A stretch of 63,806 nt of DNA, the filler included, from Conidiobolus incongruus B7586 (Eukaryota): assembly GCA_000697335.1 (NCBI GenBank). It is 8 parts of 8 records of this genome, joined end to end, with 100 filler letters (N's around TTAATTAATTAA, not from the genome) between each part and the next. Parts side by side here need not be neighbours in the genome. Positions count along the whole stretch, not along the records: positions 1 to 10,246 come from JNEM01006123.1; positions 10,347 to 27,599 come from JNEM01006127.1; 6 more parts are not named here. One strand, written 5' to 3'. Below, in pieces: positions 1-13,776 of this stretch (position 1 is its first letter; every line of letters begins with the position of its first letter). Made by a program: the position numbers and the translations under genes. The notes under the pieces were generated by a model, which had not been told where the DNA came from, searched no databases, and saw only the letters and a program-made list of their open reading frames with translations.

Positions 1-1184
1 AATTATTTCAAATATTACTATATATGTTTTTTTATTTAAAGAAGAAAATAAACTAATAACTATATTTCATATATAAAAGAAAATGTTAATAAAGTTATTT
101 ATAGTTTGGAATTATATAACATATTTAATAATTATAAATTTCAAAAATATATATCTTATAATTTGCATAAATTTCATAAAATTGATATAAAATTTGAATT
201 TAATCCATAGATATTATTATTAAAATATTAAAAGGAATATTACTGATTATATTAAAAATCAACAATATTTATAGCAGTTGATGATTTAGTTTGGATTATT
301 TACAATTGAAATTAAAAAATAAAAAAATTCAAAAATTCTGCTATAAAAAATATGTGGATTCAAAACCTATGCTTAATCCATTCTGATTCATTGAAATTTA
401 CAAATTCATCTTAATAACAGTTGTCAATTTTAGAAAATAATATGTTAAATGGTAAAATACTAAATCAGAATATTTGAATCCTTTTGATATCAAATTTGCA
501 ATATAAATATTAAATTCAAGAATTATTGAAACTATATAACAAGTGAGTAATTATATGAAATAATCAATTAAACGGCCAAATTGGCTTTTATACTGACTGA
601 AATAATTTTTATTAGAAATTAATAAAATATTTATTAACAGTTATTTATGAAGTAGAATTGATAGCATTTTCCATTATCATTGTATTAAAACCCAAAAACT
701 CTATAAATCTAACAAATTATAAAGTACATCACTTTTATATATTTCGTTTTGTTTAAAATTATAGTATCAAGATTATGAGGTGTATATACACCAAATCAGA
801 TTTTAAAAAAAATAAATTTAGTGATCAAATTATGTGTGAAAATAATAAAAATATAATCTTACCTATATGTATTATAGTTACCAAGCTATCATGATTTTAA
901 GTTGTATCATTTTAATAATAATAATATTTGTAATTAATAAATCTTTTATAATTATTTTTATCAAAATATATTAATTTTACTCATTTCATGAATCAATGCA
1001 AAATATCTAAATATATCTAAAATAAAATTTATAACTTTGAAAATAATTGCAACAATGATTAAAATATATAATATAATTTGCTGCTTTTACAAATTATTCA
1101 ATATATATAGTAATTTGAAAAATCTAATAAATAATACAAAAGTTTATTCTCACTATATAATATATAATAAAATGTTCATGTTAT

Positions 1185-1603
1185 TGTCGGGTGTTAACAC
1201 TGACAACAATGGGCTTTACGAGCTTAAACGGGGAATCGCCAGTGGTAAACGATAAATTACCACGTAATTAAGGGAAATTATTGGGGTTCACCAAAGTAGG
1301 TGAAAATGACTTGTTACGAATCGGGTTCTTTGAATAAAGTAAATATCTCACGCTCGTCACGACTCAACACTTTTGTGAGGGCTACGAGAAAAACTTAGAG
1401 ACGGTATACTTTTGAAAATGAAGATAGAAGATGTGTTTATTAGTTTGCTTGTGATAATCTTATATTAGGTTCCATTGTTGATTTTTGTGGACATGAACAA
1501 CTTACGGGCAGAAAGTAATAGGATCAACTAGTTCATGGAGTGTGATATCTCCAATGTGACTTCTCGAATCCTGCGGTAATCGGAGTTTCTTGAGTAATTG
1601 ACA
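1185..1603 (-). mobile_element. Candidate solo LTR (~419 bp)
   Basis: GC-elevated non-coding island bounded by TGTC...GACA. Minus strand has TATAAG (1459-1464) followed by AATAAA (1436-1441). Flanks TTAT/GGAT are not a clean TSD. Confidence 0.5.
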
Positions 1604-2225
1604 GGATTATTCTCCATCATTATATTGCATTATCATGCTATTTAGTAATGCTGTATAAATTTTCAACAAATTCACTTATACTTTTTTTTAAAAATATACA
1701 ATTGCTCATTTAATGTATATAATATTATCTAAAAATATTTTAAATTATGTACAAAAATATATTTCTATTAATTCACATATAAAAATCGTCATTCAGATTT
1801 AATTGAAATTTTTCTTGAGAAATGAATACAATAATAAGTGCCCCTTGCTTAGGAATGTTTGAAGAATTAAGTTGAGAAATTTTAAAATTATAAATAGTGA
1901 AATGTTAAAAAAATATTCATATCTCTTATATATAATTGTTATATTATCAGAAAAAAATACTTTATAGTTAATTAAAAATTTCAATTTTTTTGACTTGGAA
2001 TTTCCCAATGTTCTGAAACAGAACTAGTAATTAATATTTATCTAAATTATTATTTGTCTTATATACGTAAAAATGCGAATATATAAATGGTTGTAATATT
2101 GGTACTAACGATGAATCGTTGAATTTTGTTCAATAATTAATATATAATAATATCTTGATATTGTAAGGAAATTGTATCAATGTTCGCGCTGCAAAGTCTA
2201 ATTTATAGTAGTTTAAAGTACTGAT

Positions 2226-2265
2226 ATAATATAATATAATATAATATAATATAATATAGTATAAT
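2226..2265. repeat. (ATAAT)n pentanucleotide microsatellite
   Basis: ATAAT x6, ATAGT, ATAAT read directly. Confidence 0.9.
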
Positions 2266-2665
2266 ATTGTTGGTTTATAGAAATGGTAAACTAAATTATA
2301 ATAATTGCAATAATGTATATGATTAATAACTATTAATATTTTAAATAGGTGATACATATAAGTACTGGCTAATAATATGGGTGTTGATAATCTTATAAAT
2401 GCTAAAAGTGTATTCCTGATCATAGCTAAGTGGTTATTATCAATTGAAAGAGCAATAATGTTTTATATATAAAATAATATGATTCAATCTATAGAGTATA
2501 AATTAAATATGTATGATTTTTACCTTGAAAATACTAGCCAAAATGGATCAAGCAATAACAGAGAATGGCAAGAGCTTGAAAGAGTGTATTGATCTAAATG
2601 GTATTAGCACCATGCGACTTTACTTTGAAGACAAAGTCATTTTATTAATAAATTGGTTGCAGATT

Positions 2666-3450
2666 TTAGTTGGTGACTGATTTGACAGCTTCCTTGGCTT
2701 CTTCGACGGTAGTGGGGACGGATTCAACAGCCTTGGAGACAGCTTCTTCGACTTTAACATATGTATCAGCAACCTTTTCCTTGGCTTGTTCAACAACGCT
2801 TTGAGCTTGTTCCTTCTTTTCTTGAACAGCTTCAGCAGCAGCTTCCTTCTTGTCTTCAGCAGCCTTGGTAATTTGTTCCTTCTTGTCTTCAACAACCTTG
2901 GTGGCTTCTTCCTTCTTTTCTTGGACAGTTTCAGCAGCAGCTTCCTTCTTTTCAGTGACAACGGCCTTAACTTGGTCGACCTTATCTTCAACGGCAGCCT
3001 TGATTTCATCCTTCTTTTCAACAACGCCTTGGACGAATCCTTGGGTGGTTTCCTTGGCATTTTCAACGGCTTCCTTAGCGTGTTCAACAGCACCCTTGTG
3101 ATCGTGACCATGACCGTGATGATCGTCAGAAGGAGAAGTTAAATAGAAAGCCTAAAAATCAGATCAACAACCATAAATTATTTAATCATAGCATAATACT
3201 TACCAAGGGAACAAAAACGAGGAGGGAACCAATCTATTAAATATCAAATTAATAATTTTAATAGAATAGAATATATAATTTGGCTTACGATCCAGTTACG
3301 ATCAGTTTCAATGAAAGAAGGTTCGGGTTTAGCAGATTGAGAAGTGGTAGATCCCCAGCGAGCGGGAGTGCGAACGGCTTGTTGGCTTAATCTAGTAGTA
3401 CGTAAAACATTCAAAGGTCTGGCAGCTCTAGTTAAATGACGGAAAGACAT
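2666..3450 (-). CDS. Mitochondrially targeted single-pass protein with LEA group 3-like 11-mer repeats (225 aa, 3 exons)
   Basis: Exons 3450-3289, 3233-3204, 3151-2666 with GT-AG introns keep frame. Arg-rich presequence MSFRHLTRAARPLNVLRTTR, TM WIIGSLLVFVPLAFYLT, HHGHGHDH, then repeats EKKEAAAETVQ/EKKEEATKVVE/DKKEQITKAAE/DKKEAAAEAVQ/EKKEQAQSVVE. Confidence 0.8.
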
Positions 3451-4360
3451 TTTGATGAATTATTTTAAATATTAATAACAAATAATAATTACAATTTTCA
3501 ATATTTTTAATAATTGAACTAAATTACATCACTCTTTGTCATCGTTTATGGGTTCAATTTAAATTATATTGATTTAAATTGATAATTATGCATTTTGAAA
3601 AATTATGTCAATATGAAATAATTAAGCTGTTCAATTATTTTCTTTCAAATTATAGCATATATAATATAAAATATTTATTATAAAATCTCACAATACAGAC
3701 ATACTATCGTTGTTAAATATTTTCTAATAAGGATTTTCTTAAAAATAGTTAAAATATATAATAATATAAAAATTTAATTAGTTTTGGATCTATGGTATTA
3801 AATGTTTATATTGAGTCATATGGATACCAAATCATGGTACATTTATTTTATGTATAAAAATCTCGTAAATTTAATGAATCCATTAATATATGATTAATTC
3901 CATATTCAGTTATATTTTAATATTGATTAACTATCTTATTTATTGAAACATATCATTATTAAACTAAAGTCATATCAAATAAATTGAATTCTTGAAATAA
4001 TTGTTTATAGTGATAAAAAATAAAAATTATTATTAATTATTGGTCTAATTAATACGTTATCTATAAGCAATATTCTGATCATAACAATCAAAAGTATTAC
4101 CAAATAAATAATTTTTATTAAAATACAAAAATTGCGAATTTTTTTTATAAAAATGATGGATATAATAATCATCTTCAATTCATGGAATAGCTAATTCTAA
4201 TAATTTTCAAGCCTTCAAATAACTTTCAAATTTCATATTATATCCATAGTAATTTAATTGTCAGAGTTTTTTATTAATTTGAAATATTAAATAAATGAAT
4301 AAAAATTGTATCATAAGAATTTTAAATTAAATACTCTACAAATAAATATATTTAATATTA

Positions 4361-5814
4361 CTATTTGGTGTGCTGTTTAACTAAATCGGTCAATTGGTGA
4401 GCTAACGAGGAGAACATATTATAAAAATTAAATAAATCAGGTTGAATTTTGAGGGATTTGTTTTCACTACATTTTACAAATAACTGGATTTTAGCGTCTT
4501 GGAGTTGAAGTTTGTCCATGATCTCTAAACTAATTTGCAGGATTGATGGACTCATTTGTAAAGAGTGTCGCTTTTTCAGTTCAATGTCGAGTTGGGGCAA
4601 CTGTTGATAGCTCTCAGTGGTGGGGTAGTCCAACTTGAGATTCAGGTCAAATGCAGAGTCCACTAGTTCCAATCCCTTATATAAGTATTCTTGATTGCTG
4701 CATTTTTTACAACTTTTAATGAGTGCTAATAGAAGCCCTGAGTCAAATTTCATATTCCTCTGAGTGAGCTCCTTATAATCGAGTTTAGGGGTATCTGGGA
4801 TAACATCATCGAGGGAGTACTTGGATCTCCTACTTTTCAAAGGATTACTCTTGAGCTTGAGCTTATGTCTATTCTTCTGAATAAATTGTTCAAATGATAT
4901 GAAATTTTCCAAATCCTGTTTGTAATCTAGCCAAATAGAAATAACTTGTTCAAAAGCATCATCTGGAGCAGGAATCGTTGACAATCCATTAATAACGGTT
5001 GTATAAGAAAATACATCAGGAACAATTAATTTTTTGGGATCTAAAGGTTCATCAAATTCATCAGTACGTAGCTTGTTGCCATAACCATAACATTGATATA
5101 ATAAAGGTTGCTGTTCTCTCAGTTGATCGTAAAGTTCAATCATTTCCTTGAGTTGATTCTTTTTAGAGTACATATTTAATAAGTTGTTATAATGAATAAT
5201 ATTTGCACCAGGAGTGTCTGAATTCATTTTTGGAACAATATCCAAATGATCATGAGGCAGTTGAACAGGTTCATTTAATTTTTTAGCAGATTCTATGAGC
5301 TTTTGAGCGAGACGATTGGAGTTGATACCTGGATTATTGGAGCATCCCTTTAATAGGATAGTATAAGTTTGTGGATTTGGTTTAAATCCTCTCTTTTTCA
5401 TCTAATTAATTGATTAATAAATGTAGCTCACTGAATATGAAAAACATTTGAGCTCACTTTATTATACATTTTATATGCTGCTTTCAATCTATTTAATTTA
5501 ATTAATTCCTCAATTAAATGGTTATAAACGACTGTTGACAATTTTCTTATTGGTGTATTGTCCACTAGTTCGATAGCTTCTTCAAGTCGATGCATGTTAG
5601 CCAAGCTAGTAATATGCTCAGAAAGTTGATAAGCATCCATTGAATGCTTATTATTAGATCTACTTACTTTCCCATTCGAGTTAGCTCGAAATTGAACATA
5701 TCGATTATTTAAATTTGAATTTATTATAGTTGCCAAAAATTGAGGATTTTTAATAAAAGAGTTGAATAAGTAATGATTATTACAAGTTGAGAATTTTTGG
5801 ATTAATTTTATCAT
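4361..5814 (-). CDS. Pentatricopeptide repeat (PPR) protein, probably mitochondrial (2 exons)
   Basis: Exons 5814-5458 and 5401-4361, intron GTGAGC...TAG. PPR motifs VVYNHLIEELIK...AYKMYNKMKKRGFKPN, QTYTILLKGC, IIHYNNLLNMYSK, PDVFSYTTVINGLS. Confidence 0.88.
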
Positions 5815-6108
5815 TTTTAATATATATTTATTGAGTTTAAGTTATTATAATATTATTAATTTAATTTTGAAAATTAAAAATTTAATAAATTGCTTAACGA
5901 ATATTTAAGATTTTTAATTAAACGTATTTATTTATGGGATAGAAAATTGGTAATTAATCTTTAATTTTAGAAAAATAGATTAAATATTGAATGATTAATA
6001 AACATTGTATGCTAAATGAAAAGACAGAATTAATCGCCTTGATTTAAAATTTACTATTATCATTATTTGTAAATAATTTAACCAAAATTATGATGAAGAT
6101 AATTTAAA

Positions 6109-6483
6109 TTATAAAAATAACACTACCAAACAAAATACGCCGAATAAACCTACGCCAATGACGGGAGTAGCGGAAACGATATGCTGAGGCTCAGAGTTAT
6201 AAAAATTCAATTCTGTATTAAAAAAGCTCTTCTTCGGAGGCGATGGCGACTCCTTAGGAGATTCCACACAAGATATGAATGAATCAAAATTCAGGGATGA
6301 AGGAGAGCTTGTCAAAAGTTCCCACCATTTGATCAATTTTTTAGTTGTATTCAGATTCTGTTTCAAATTGTATAGTTTAATTTCTAAAACATCATTATCA
6401 TCGTTTATATCTTGACATTGATAAAGACTTCGATATTGATTTGCCCCTATCTTTAATGATTCGAAAGAATGTAACGCAATATC
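6109..6483 (-). CDS. Last exon of a hypothetical protein with C-terminal hydrophobic segment; upstream exons unresolved
   Basis: Open frame from a CAG acceptor near 6484 to the stop at 6109, ending VIGVGLFGVFCLVVLFL. No recognisable family. Confidence 0.35.
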   Translation of the reverse strand, partial: DIALHSFESLKIGANQYRSLYQCQDINDDNDVLEIKLYNLKQNLNTTKKLIKWWELLTSSPSSLNFDSFISCVESPKESPSPPKKSFFNTELNFYNSEPQHIVSATPVIGVGLFGVFCLVVLFL

Positions 6484-9400
6484 CTGGTTTAATGATAAAA
6501 TGTTTATATGGTTGAATGTGACTTATCTATCTAAAAATTCATATCTATTTATCTCTAATATCATATATTCCAACATTACAGCATAAGTTAAAATATTTCT
6601 CGCATTGATAATCATCTCTTATAAAATTTAAATGTAAATGAAAATGAAAGAAAAGTCATAACGATGACATTATATTTAGTCAATATATATGAAATAAACC
6701 TGATACATAATTATTACTTTATCATTAAATTTTGTTATTAAATTTTAATTTATTAAATACTTGTTAGATTATAACCAATCAATTTGGATTTTAGTTATTG
6801 AACTTAAAATTGAACTTTTAACCCTTCTTGAAACCTTTAATTAAGAATCCTTCACTGTCTGAGAGTATTATATTATATAATTTTCAAGGACTTTTATATA
6901 TATTATTATGTATATAGTTTACTATATGATTTGTTATATTATATAAAATATCTTTAAAAGTTTGAATATGTAAGTATAATTAATATTATCAGTATTGGTT
7001 TTTGTTTTAATTATTATTAATATTATGCGAAGTTTTAAAACTAAAATTTAAAAAGTAGAGTATAAAGTAATTTGACTTTAAATTATTCAAAATTTTATAA
7101 TTAAATTATCTAGTATACAAAGTATACTCAATTTATTAATCATTTTTATTATTCATTATTATTTAATTATATAAATCCACTTCAAATTGGGAATATATTA
7201 TTAAATTTTATATTCTAGATTTTTATTATTTCTTATCAAAGAACTTTAATAAAATAAATATATCTTAATATAAAGATATCAATAAATATATTAATAGAGA
7301 AATTTTATTATAAAATCAATAGTGGTAATATATATTAAATATGATAACTATTTTATGATTATATCTTAATAATTTGATAATATATTAAAATAGAGATATT
7401 TTAATTTTTAAAATAGTTCAATAAATAAATTGATATTAAATAAAATATATGGCATTTTATCAATTATATATTAAAAAGTAGTATCCAAATGGAATATTGG
7501 AAAAATTATATAAAAAATAAAAAATTGATATTTTAATACTCAAATGGTTTAAATCATATTTTATGCAATTATGAATTTTTCTAAAATATCAAATATTTGA
7601 ATAAGGTTCAGATTTAAAATTAAATACATAATATCCTTTTATTTAATCACTTTAAATTTGAATCTTTTAAAAATTAAACCATGTCTTATATTTTTTGATA
7701 ACAATGAAAAAATAAAGTACAAATATAAGTATTTAATTAATAACAGTATACTCACCTTAACAGTCAAAATGAGTATATATGGAAAGTATATGTTTAATAA
7801 TTAGTGGTATTTCAATGTATATCTGTTTTAAAATATTGGGGAAGGGTTATATTATTTCTTCAACAGTGCTAACATTATAGACTTAGTTCCAATAATATGA
7901 ATGGTGATAGATAAAAAATTAATCTATCAATGGTGGCTTTTCAGTTAATGATTCATGATTTAAGCTCAAAAATACACTTGTTAAAATATCAATTTTGCTT
8001 TTATAATTAGATAGGAGATTTAAAAAATCTCCATAAAATATATATTATTCATCTTATCAAATTGTTTTCGCAATTGAAATAGGGTAAATTAGAATAGTTT
8101 AAGCACAAGTATTTAATTTGATTTAATTATATTGCTGCTGATCTGTTTTTTTTCAACTCACTAGTTTAAAGCAATAAAAAATTTTGATTTTGGTGATATT
8201 GGCTTTACCTATTATTAAAGATAAAATATCCTTTGTGATCTGGATGCTTTTATATTATAGTACAAATTATTGCCATAATAACAAAGGATTGATTCATAAT
8301 TCCCTAAAGTAAAAAAGAATAAATAAATTGATAGATGAGTGATTTTGTACTTTAGAAGCAAGCTCTTTAATGAATATTTGGTTCGAAGGTGTAATTTTTA
8401 TAATGGTGATCCATTAAATGAATGCCAGTTGTTTACTTCAAGTGATTTAATAATGATGTGTAAAGATAGTAATATTGCTAATGTGTTAATATTCAGTCTC
8501 TAGTGAGTTAGAGTGAATATGAAACAAAATTTTGAAAATTGTATACTATATATTGATGAATAACAGGATGTCATTGATATTTTGTCAGTCAAACTGCAAA
8601 TTAGAAAAGATTGTTCAGAATATTGAACTTGCTTAAATATATACAAATAAGAAAGAACTACAAATGATTCATCGAATCTATCACAATATTATAATATATG
8701 ACTAACAATTATTAAACGAGTTATATATTCTGTAGCTTCTTAGCACCTATTTCAATACTATGTATCATTCACAAATATAGAGATAATTTGACTCAGTTAT
8801 TGTGAAATATTGTATTTTTTTGAAATAAACTAAATCTTTGTTGATATATTGAAATAATAAAATAATAATGTCAAACTTTTTCATATTGAAAATTGATAAA
8901 CTAAAATAATCAAATTATTGTAAAAAATAATTTTCAAATTTGATAAATATTTACTGTCAGCTTGTTATTTCTGATTCTGATGATGATGGCGTACGAGTGC
9001 AAATTCGATACATGACTGAAATCAGGTAAATAAATTGTAAATCATATTAAGTATATGGTATCTAGGTAGATGAAAATTGAAAGCATCTATGGCAAGTTTG
9101 GAAAGTTTTTTCAGAATTTCTGAATATTGTTAAGTTCCTATGTTCAAATTGAATATAATTATCTATATATTCAAGAGAAAATTCTACCCTATAACATCTA
9201 AAATGAGACTTCATAGCCTCAATATGGTTAATAACATTGAAATAATTGAATCAGATGATTGAGGGAAGTTGCAAACATAAATAAAATGAAAAACACCTGA
9301 TCATTTTGCCAATGACATTATATTTACCCTAAATTCAATTATTTTGATTTAAAGAAAACGTCTCATGAATAATGAGTAGTATGCTGGCATTTTTAAATAT

Positions 9401-10246
9401 TGTAATTAAGAAAAGTCTATAGTTTTTTCATCAAAATTAACCCAAATATATATTTAAGATAAAACTCGTAGAGTGTTTAATACCAATTTGGCGAATAAAA
9501 TATTTAAAAATCTACTAATGGAGATTCGCTGACAATGAGCGTGTTTGTAATTTTTACCCATTAAACCTCCCAAAGCAATCAAGATACTCTTGCAATTGGG
9601 ATTTAATTCGGATATATAAATTTCCTATTTTCGCTTTAATTCCATCCTTCCAATATAAAATATTAATAGACATTTTTCAACTCTATACTCCAAATTCAAT
9701 TGATACATTTTCATTTTGAAACACCATTTCTTGCTTTGACTATCTATTATTTTGAAGGGAAATTAAAATAAATATGATTGATAATACTCTGAATTTTTAA
9801 TTATGAGAATTTTTTGAGGTTAAAAATAAAATAAAAATTTTAATATATAAAGTTACAAAAATAAATAAATATTGTTAAATCAATACTCTCTTTTATTATT
9901 AATAACTTTTGACATATAAAAAATAATTTATTAAAAATTGATAATTTAATATTTTATAAACCAATTAATTTTTTATAAAGGTCTTCTTTCTTATAAGCTG
10001 ATTTTTTAATTGCTTAAAGGAATTATAATCACATAAGCTATAATTTAGTGAATATAATAGATATAGTAGCTTTTTCTAATTATTTTTAATTAGAAAGTTT
10101 TTTATAGTTTAAACTTTAAAAAGTTTATAATCATTATATAAAATACTAAATATCTTTAAATTATATTAAAAATAATAATTAACAATAGTATTATTTAAAA
10201 AATAATACAAAATTTTTTATTAATTAATTTTCTTTTAAAAATTAAA

Positions 10247-10346
10247 NNNNNNNNNNNNNNNNNNNNNNNNNNNNNNNNNNNNNNNNNNNNTTAATTAATT
10301 AANNNNNNNNNNNNNNNNNNNNNNNNNNNNNNNNNNNNNNNNNNNN
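10247..10346. other. Assembly linker (44N-TTAATTAATTAA-44N)
   Basis: Identical 100-nt spacer with stops in all six frames, found 7 times in the window. Confidence 0.98.
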
Positions 10347-12853
10347 CTAAATGAATGAGTGAGTTCGTAGTTAACATAAATAAATCTATATTTCATTCTT
10401 ACAGTTTCTGTGAAGTATTTGAATCTCAAATCATCAGCATCCTTAAAATTAGTACATCTGACTTTGTGGAAAATCTAAAGACAATATATTAAGTTAATGT
10501 TACTTGATGATAATTCGAATCTTGAAACTACCTGTTTAACAGAAGTTCTAACTTTAGCCAATTGATCTTTATAATCCAATTTGTATTTGATTTTACCAGC
10601 AATATTCAGAGCATATTTGTTGAAGATATTTAGGAGTTCAGGGGATAAGAAAGATGATAAAAAGATATTCTGTCTAAGGGTTGGTAATCTAATATAAATG
10701 TTAGTCACCAATTATTTGAAGTAGTGTTGAATTGTAAACTTACTTGTCATTCAAAACATATTGCTTAACTCTGGAGAAGTCACATCCGTGTGGATTCACA
10801 GGTATTAAATTGAGGTGAGAAAATATATGGGTGACATGATCCCAATTTTGCATCATCATATGTTCGACTTGATCCATACACAATACTTCAATACTGGATA
10901 AGAAGTCATGATCTCTCTTTTTATCACTAAAAATCAAAATTAGTTTTTTGTATTATATACATAGAATACAATAACTTACCCAGGTGCGCCAATAATCAAT
11001 CTTAAACCTAATGGGGAAGCGACAAGGATATCTGAGTCATAGAAATTGGCATAGAGTTTCAATGAACCCTTAGTCAACTTAATACCCAATCTAAAGCAAT
11101 CGTCATTGTGACCACTGAAAGCTTCAATAAAATCAGCTAAATCATAAAATTAATAAATCTGTATAGAAATAAATAAATTATAAAATATACCTGGTTTATT
11201 CTTATTAATTTTATCTTCTTCAGGAGCTAAATAAAATTCTGAAATAAATCTATTTTTATTTTCCTAATATTATAATTTAATTAATAATTAATACTTTAAA
11301 ATAATTTAATAACTTACAACTTCAGCACCGATAATATCCATAAAGAATCTAACGATTTTATAAGCTACAGATCTGAAAGGGACTAAAATTAATACTTTGG
11401 GACGAACGTAACTCCCATCTCGTACATCACTATATAATCATATTAATTGAGATATTTTTTGAATTTATATTAAATTGTAATTACTCTAGTGGTTTGCCTT
11501 CTTTTCTTGCCATAATTAATTGAGAATTGTTGTTGGTAATTTCTTTTCTCACTCTATTCAAATGTTAGTATATTATTATTATTTGAAACAAAAATAACTA
11601 TATACTTGATTGCGTGGTTTAAGGCATGAAGCAGATAAGTTGAACGGATTTCAGGAGTGTTATCAATGGTTCTGTGGGGATAAAGTACATCTTGATATTG
11701 ACTGAGTTGGTTGAAGAGTTGAGCTTGGAATGGCGTAAATAAGTTTTCGTTGGGGTCCAATCCATTTTCTAACAATTACATTAATATTTTTTTGATATTA
11801 TTAAAACCAATATTTACCTTCTAACAAAGCTTTATTTGCCTTTCTCCATCCTTCTTGAATTTTATATCTCACAGACCATTGATCCAAAGTTTTAAAAGAT
11901 TTATAGCTAGTTGAATCGAAAGGGATATTGAATTGCTCTTCTTCAACTGATAACCTCACAATTTTTCCATATTGATCTTGTAAATCGCTTTCAATTGTAT
12001 CTGATTTCCATTGCTTTCGCTTTGATAAATCTGATAAAACTTCTAAATGTTCTACACCATAACTATTATCTCCAAAATGCTTGAAGAAACAATCATCTCC
12101 TTTAACACTAACAGTTTTGTCATTTTCGTCGTCAGTTTCCATATCTTCTTCCTCTTCTTTAGCATCTTCGAAGTCACCAACATTTCCATTAGCTTCAGTG
12201 TTGAGTGGTTTGGTTAAAGAGTCATCATTCATATGATCGATAAATTCCTCAGTGATTTGAACATTTTCAACATTCTTATCTTTCTTAATCTTTTCATTCT
12301 GACCTGTTTCCCTCTCCTTCTTAACCTGGTTTACTTTAGCTTTCTCTGGAAGATTCAAAATAGATCTCTTAGAATTCCTCTTAAACTGACCCAGCAACTT
12401 ATTCAAACTGGATTTATTCTTATTACTAGGATTTAATTTAGAGTTGAGAGAGTCTAAAGGATTGAGTAACGATGATGAAGAGTTCATAATAGGCAGATTT
12501 TCATATTTTTTGCTGTTTGATTCAGTTTCAACCCTGTTTAAAGTAGGTAAATCGTTTTCCGTAGATTCGATTAATTCGCCCTTAGCGTTGAAAGTCCAAG
12601 ATTTTCTACAATTGAATTGAATTAATACAAAAAATTTTAAATATGAAATTTAATCAAATTACTCATCAGCAGCTTCGATACCCTCTTCCCCATTTTCATT
12701 GAATTGAGCGTCTAGTGCGTCCAGAGTACCGTAATCCTCCAACTGTTGCCTCTGTTTACGACTTAAACCGCCACCCTTAGAATTTGATTTTTTAGTTCTA
12801 ATAGATTGACTTTCAGCCTCTCTAAGCCTTTTTAATGCTGTTTTCTTTCCCAT
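10347..12853 (-). CDS. UTP25: U3 snoRNA-associated protein 25 (Utp25/DEF family), multi-exon, 3' end lost at the linker
   Basis: Basic/acidic N-terminus; [80 protein letters not shown]...[20 protein letters not shown]. Confidence 0.92.
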
Positions 12854-13277
12854 TAATTATTCTATTTTTTTTTTGTTAATTCAAATTTTTAATAAATTTT
12901 CGAATTTGGATCAATTTATACCCTAAATAGGAATTTCACTTTATGGGATTAACTTTAAATTTTATTCTAAAATCATTATTTTTGATTTAAATTATATTCT
13001 TGGCTGAATGAAAAAAAAACAAAATAAGCATAGCATCAATTAATTAATCACTTAACTGTTGAAATTACTTATCACCTATTAAATATACAAACTATTATTA
13101 ATATTTCAATATTATTATTAATTTATTTTTTTAATTTAACCAAATATAATCATAAAACCCATAAATGAAAAATTCCAATTTACCAAAATAAATTATGAAT
13201 GAAATTGGGTCCTCATTATAATAATTTGATAAAATTTTAATTAAATAAACTTTATAAATATTTTTTTAATATTTAAA

Positions 13278-13776
13278 ATGACTGTTACTGCTGAAGATAT
13301 CAAACAAGCTATTGAAAGTCGCATTAAATGTACTCATGTGGTAATTAATAAGCTATTTTTATACACTAAAATCATAATTTATCAATTTTAATTTATCATA
13401 TAGGAAGTAACGGATACTTCAGGTAAAAAAACTAAAAGATTTTATTCAGTAATACAACTTAATAATATATTATAAAGGAGGTTGTGGTCAAAGCTTTGAT
13501 GTCATCGTAGTTTCTGAAGAATTTGAAGGACTTACCTTATTAAAGAGACATAGGTAATATTTGATTTAATATAATATCTATTAAATAATAAATTTACAAA
13601 TCAAATTTTTTAGATTAGTTAACGAAGCTGCAGCTTCTCAAATTTCTCAACTTCATGCCTTCTCTCAAGTAACTTTATACAAATAATATATAAAATTTAT
13701 ATAAATACTAATTTTATATTAGAAAAATTATACTCCTAGCCAATGGGAAACTCATCGTCAAAGCATCAGTCTATAA
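13278..13776 (+). CDS. FRA2: BolA-like protein, BolA2/Fra2 type (5 exons; missed by the ORF track)
   Basis: Spliced product MTVTAEDIKQAIESRIKCTHVEVTDTSGGCGQSFDVIVVSEEFEGLTLLKRHRLVNEAAASQISQLHAFSQKNYTPSQWETHRQSISL, with the DxSGGCG, RHRLVN and HAF motifs. Confidence 0.9.

Noticed and set aside
1037..2423. AT-rich ORFs at 1037, 1799 and 2130 (also 29569, 41303, 49071, 49428)
   Set aside because: I/N/K/Y/F-biased translations typical of random AT-rich DNA; no motifs.
2620..3142. ORFs 2620..3111(-), 2786..3142(+), 2850..3101(+)
   Set aside because: Off-frame or antisense shadows of the repetitive exon 3 of the LEA-like gene.
7550..9000. Possible decayed gene relics here and near 1-650, 21400-21900 and 26030-26700
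   Set aside because: Faint coding-like texture, but no motif I could read reliably.
10291..10302. Recurrent palindrome TTAATTAATTAA
   Set aside because: Always centred between 44-N runs; an artificial six-frame-stop contig linker.
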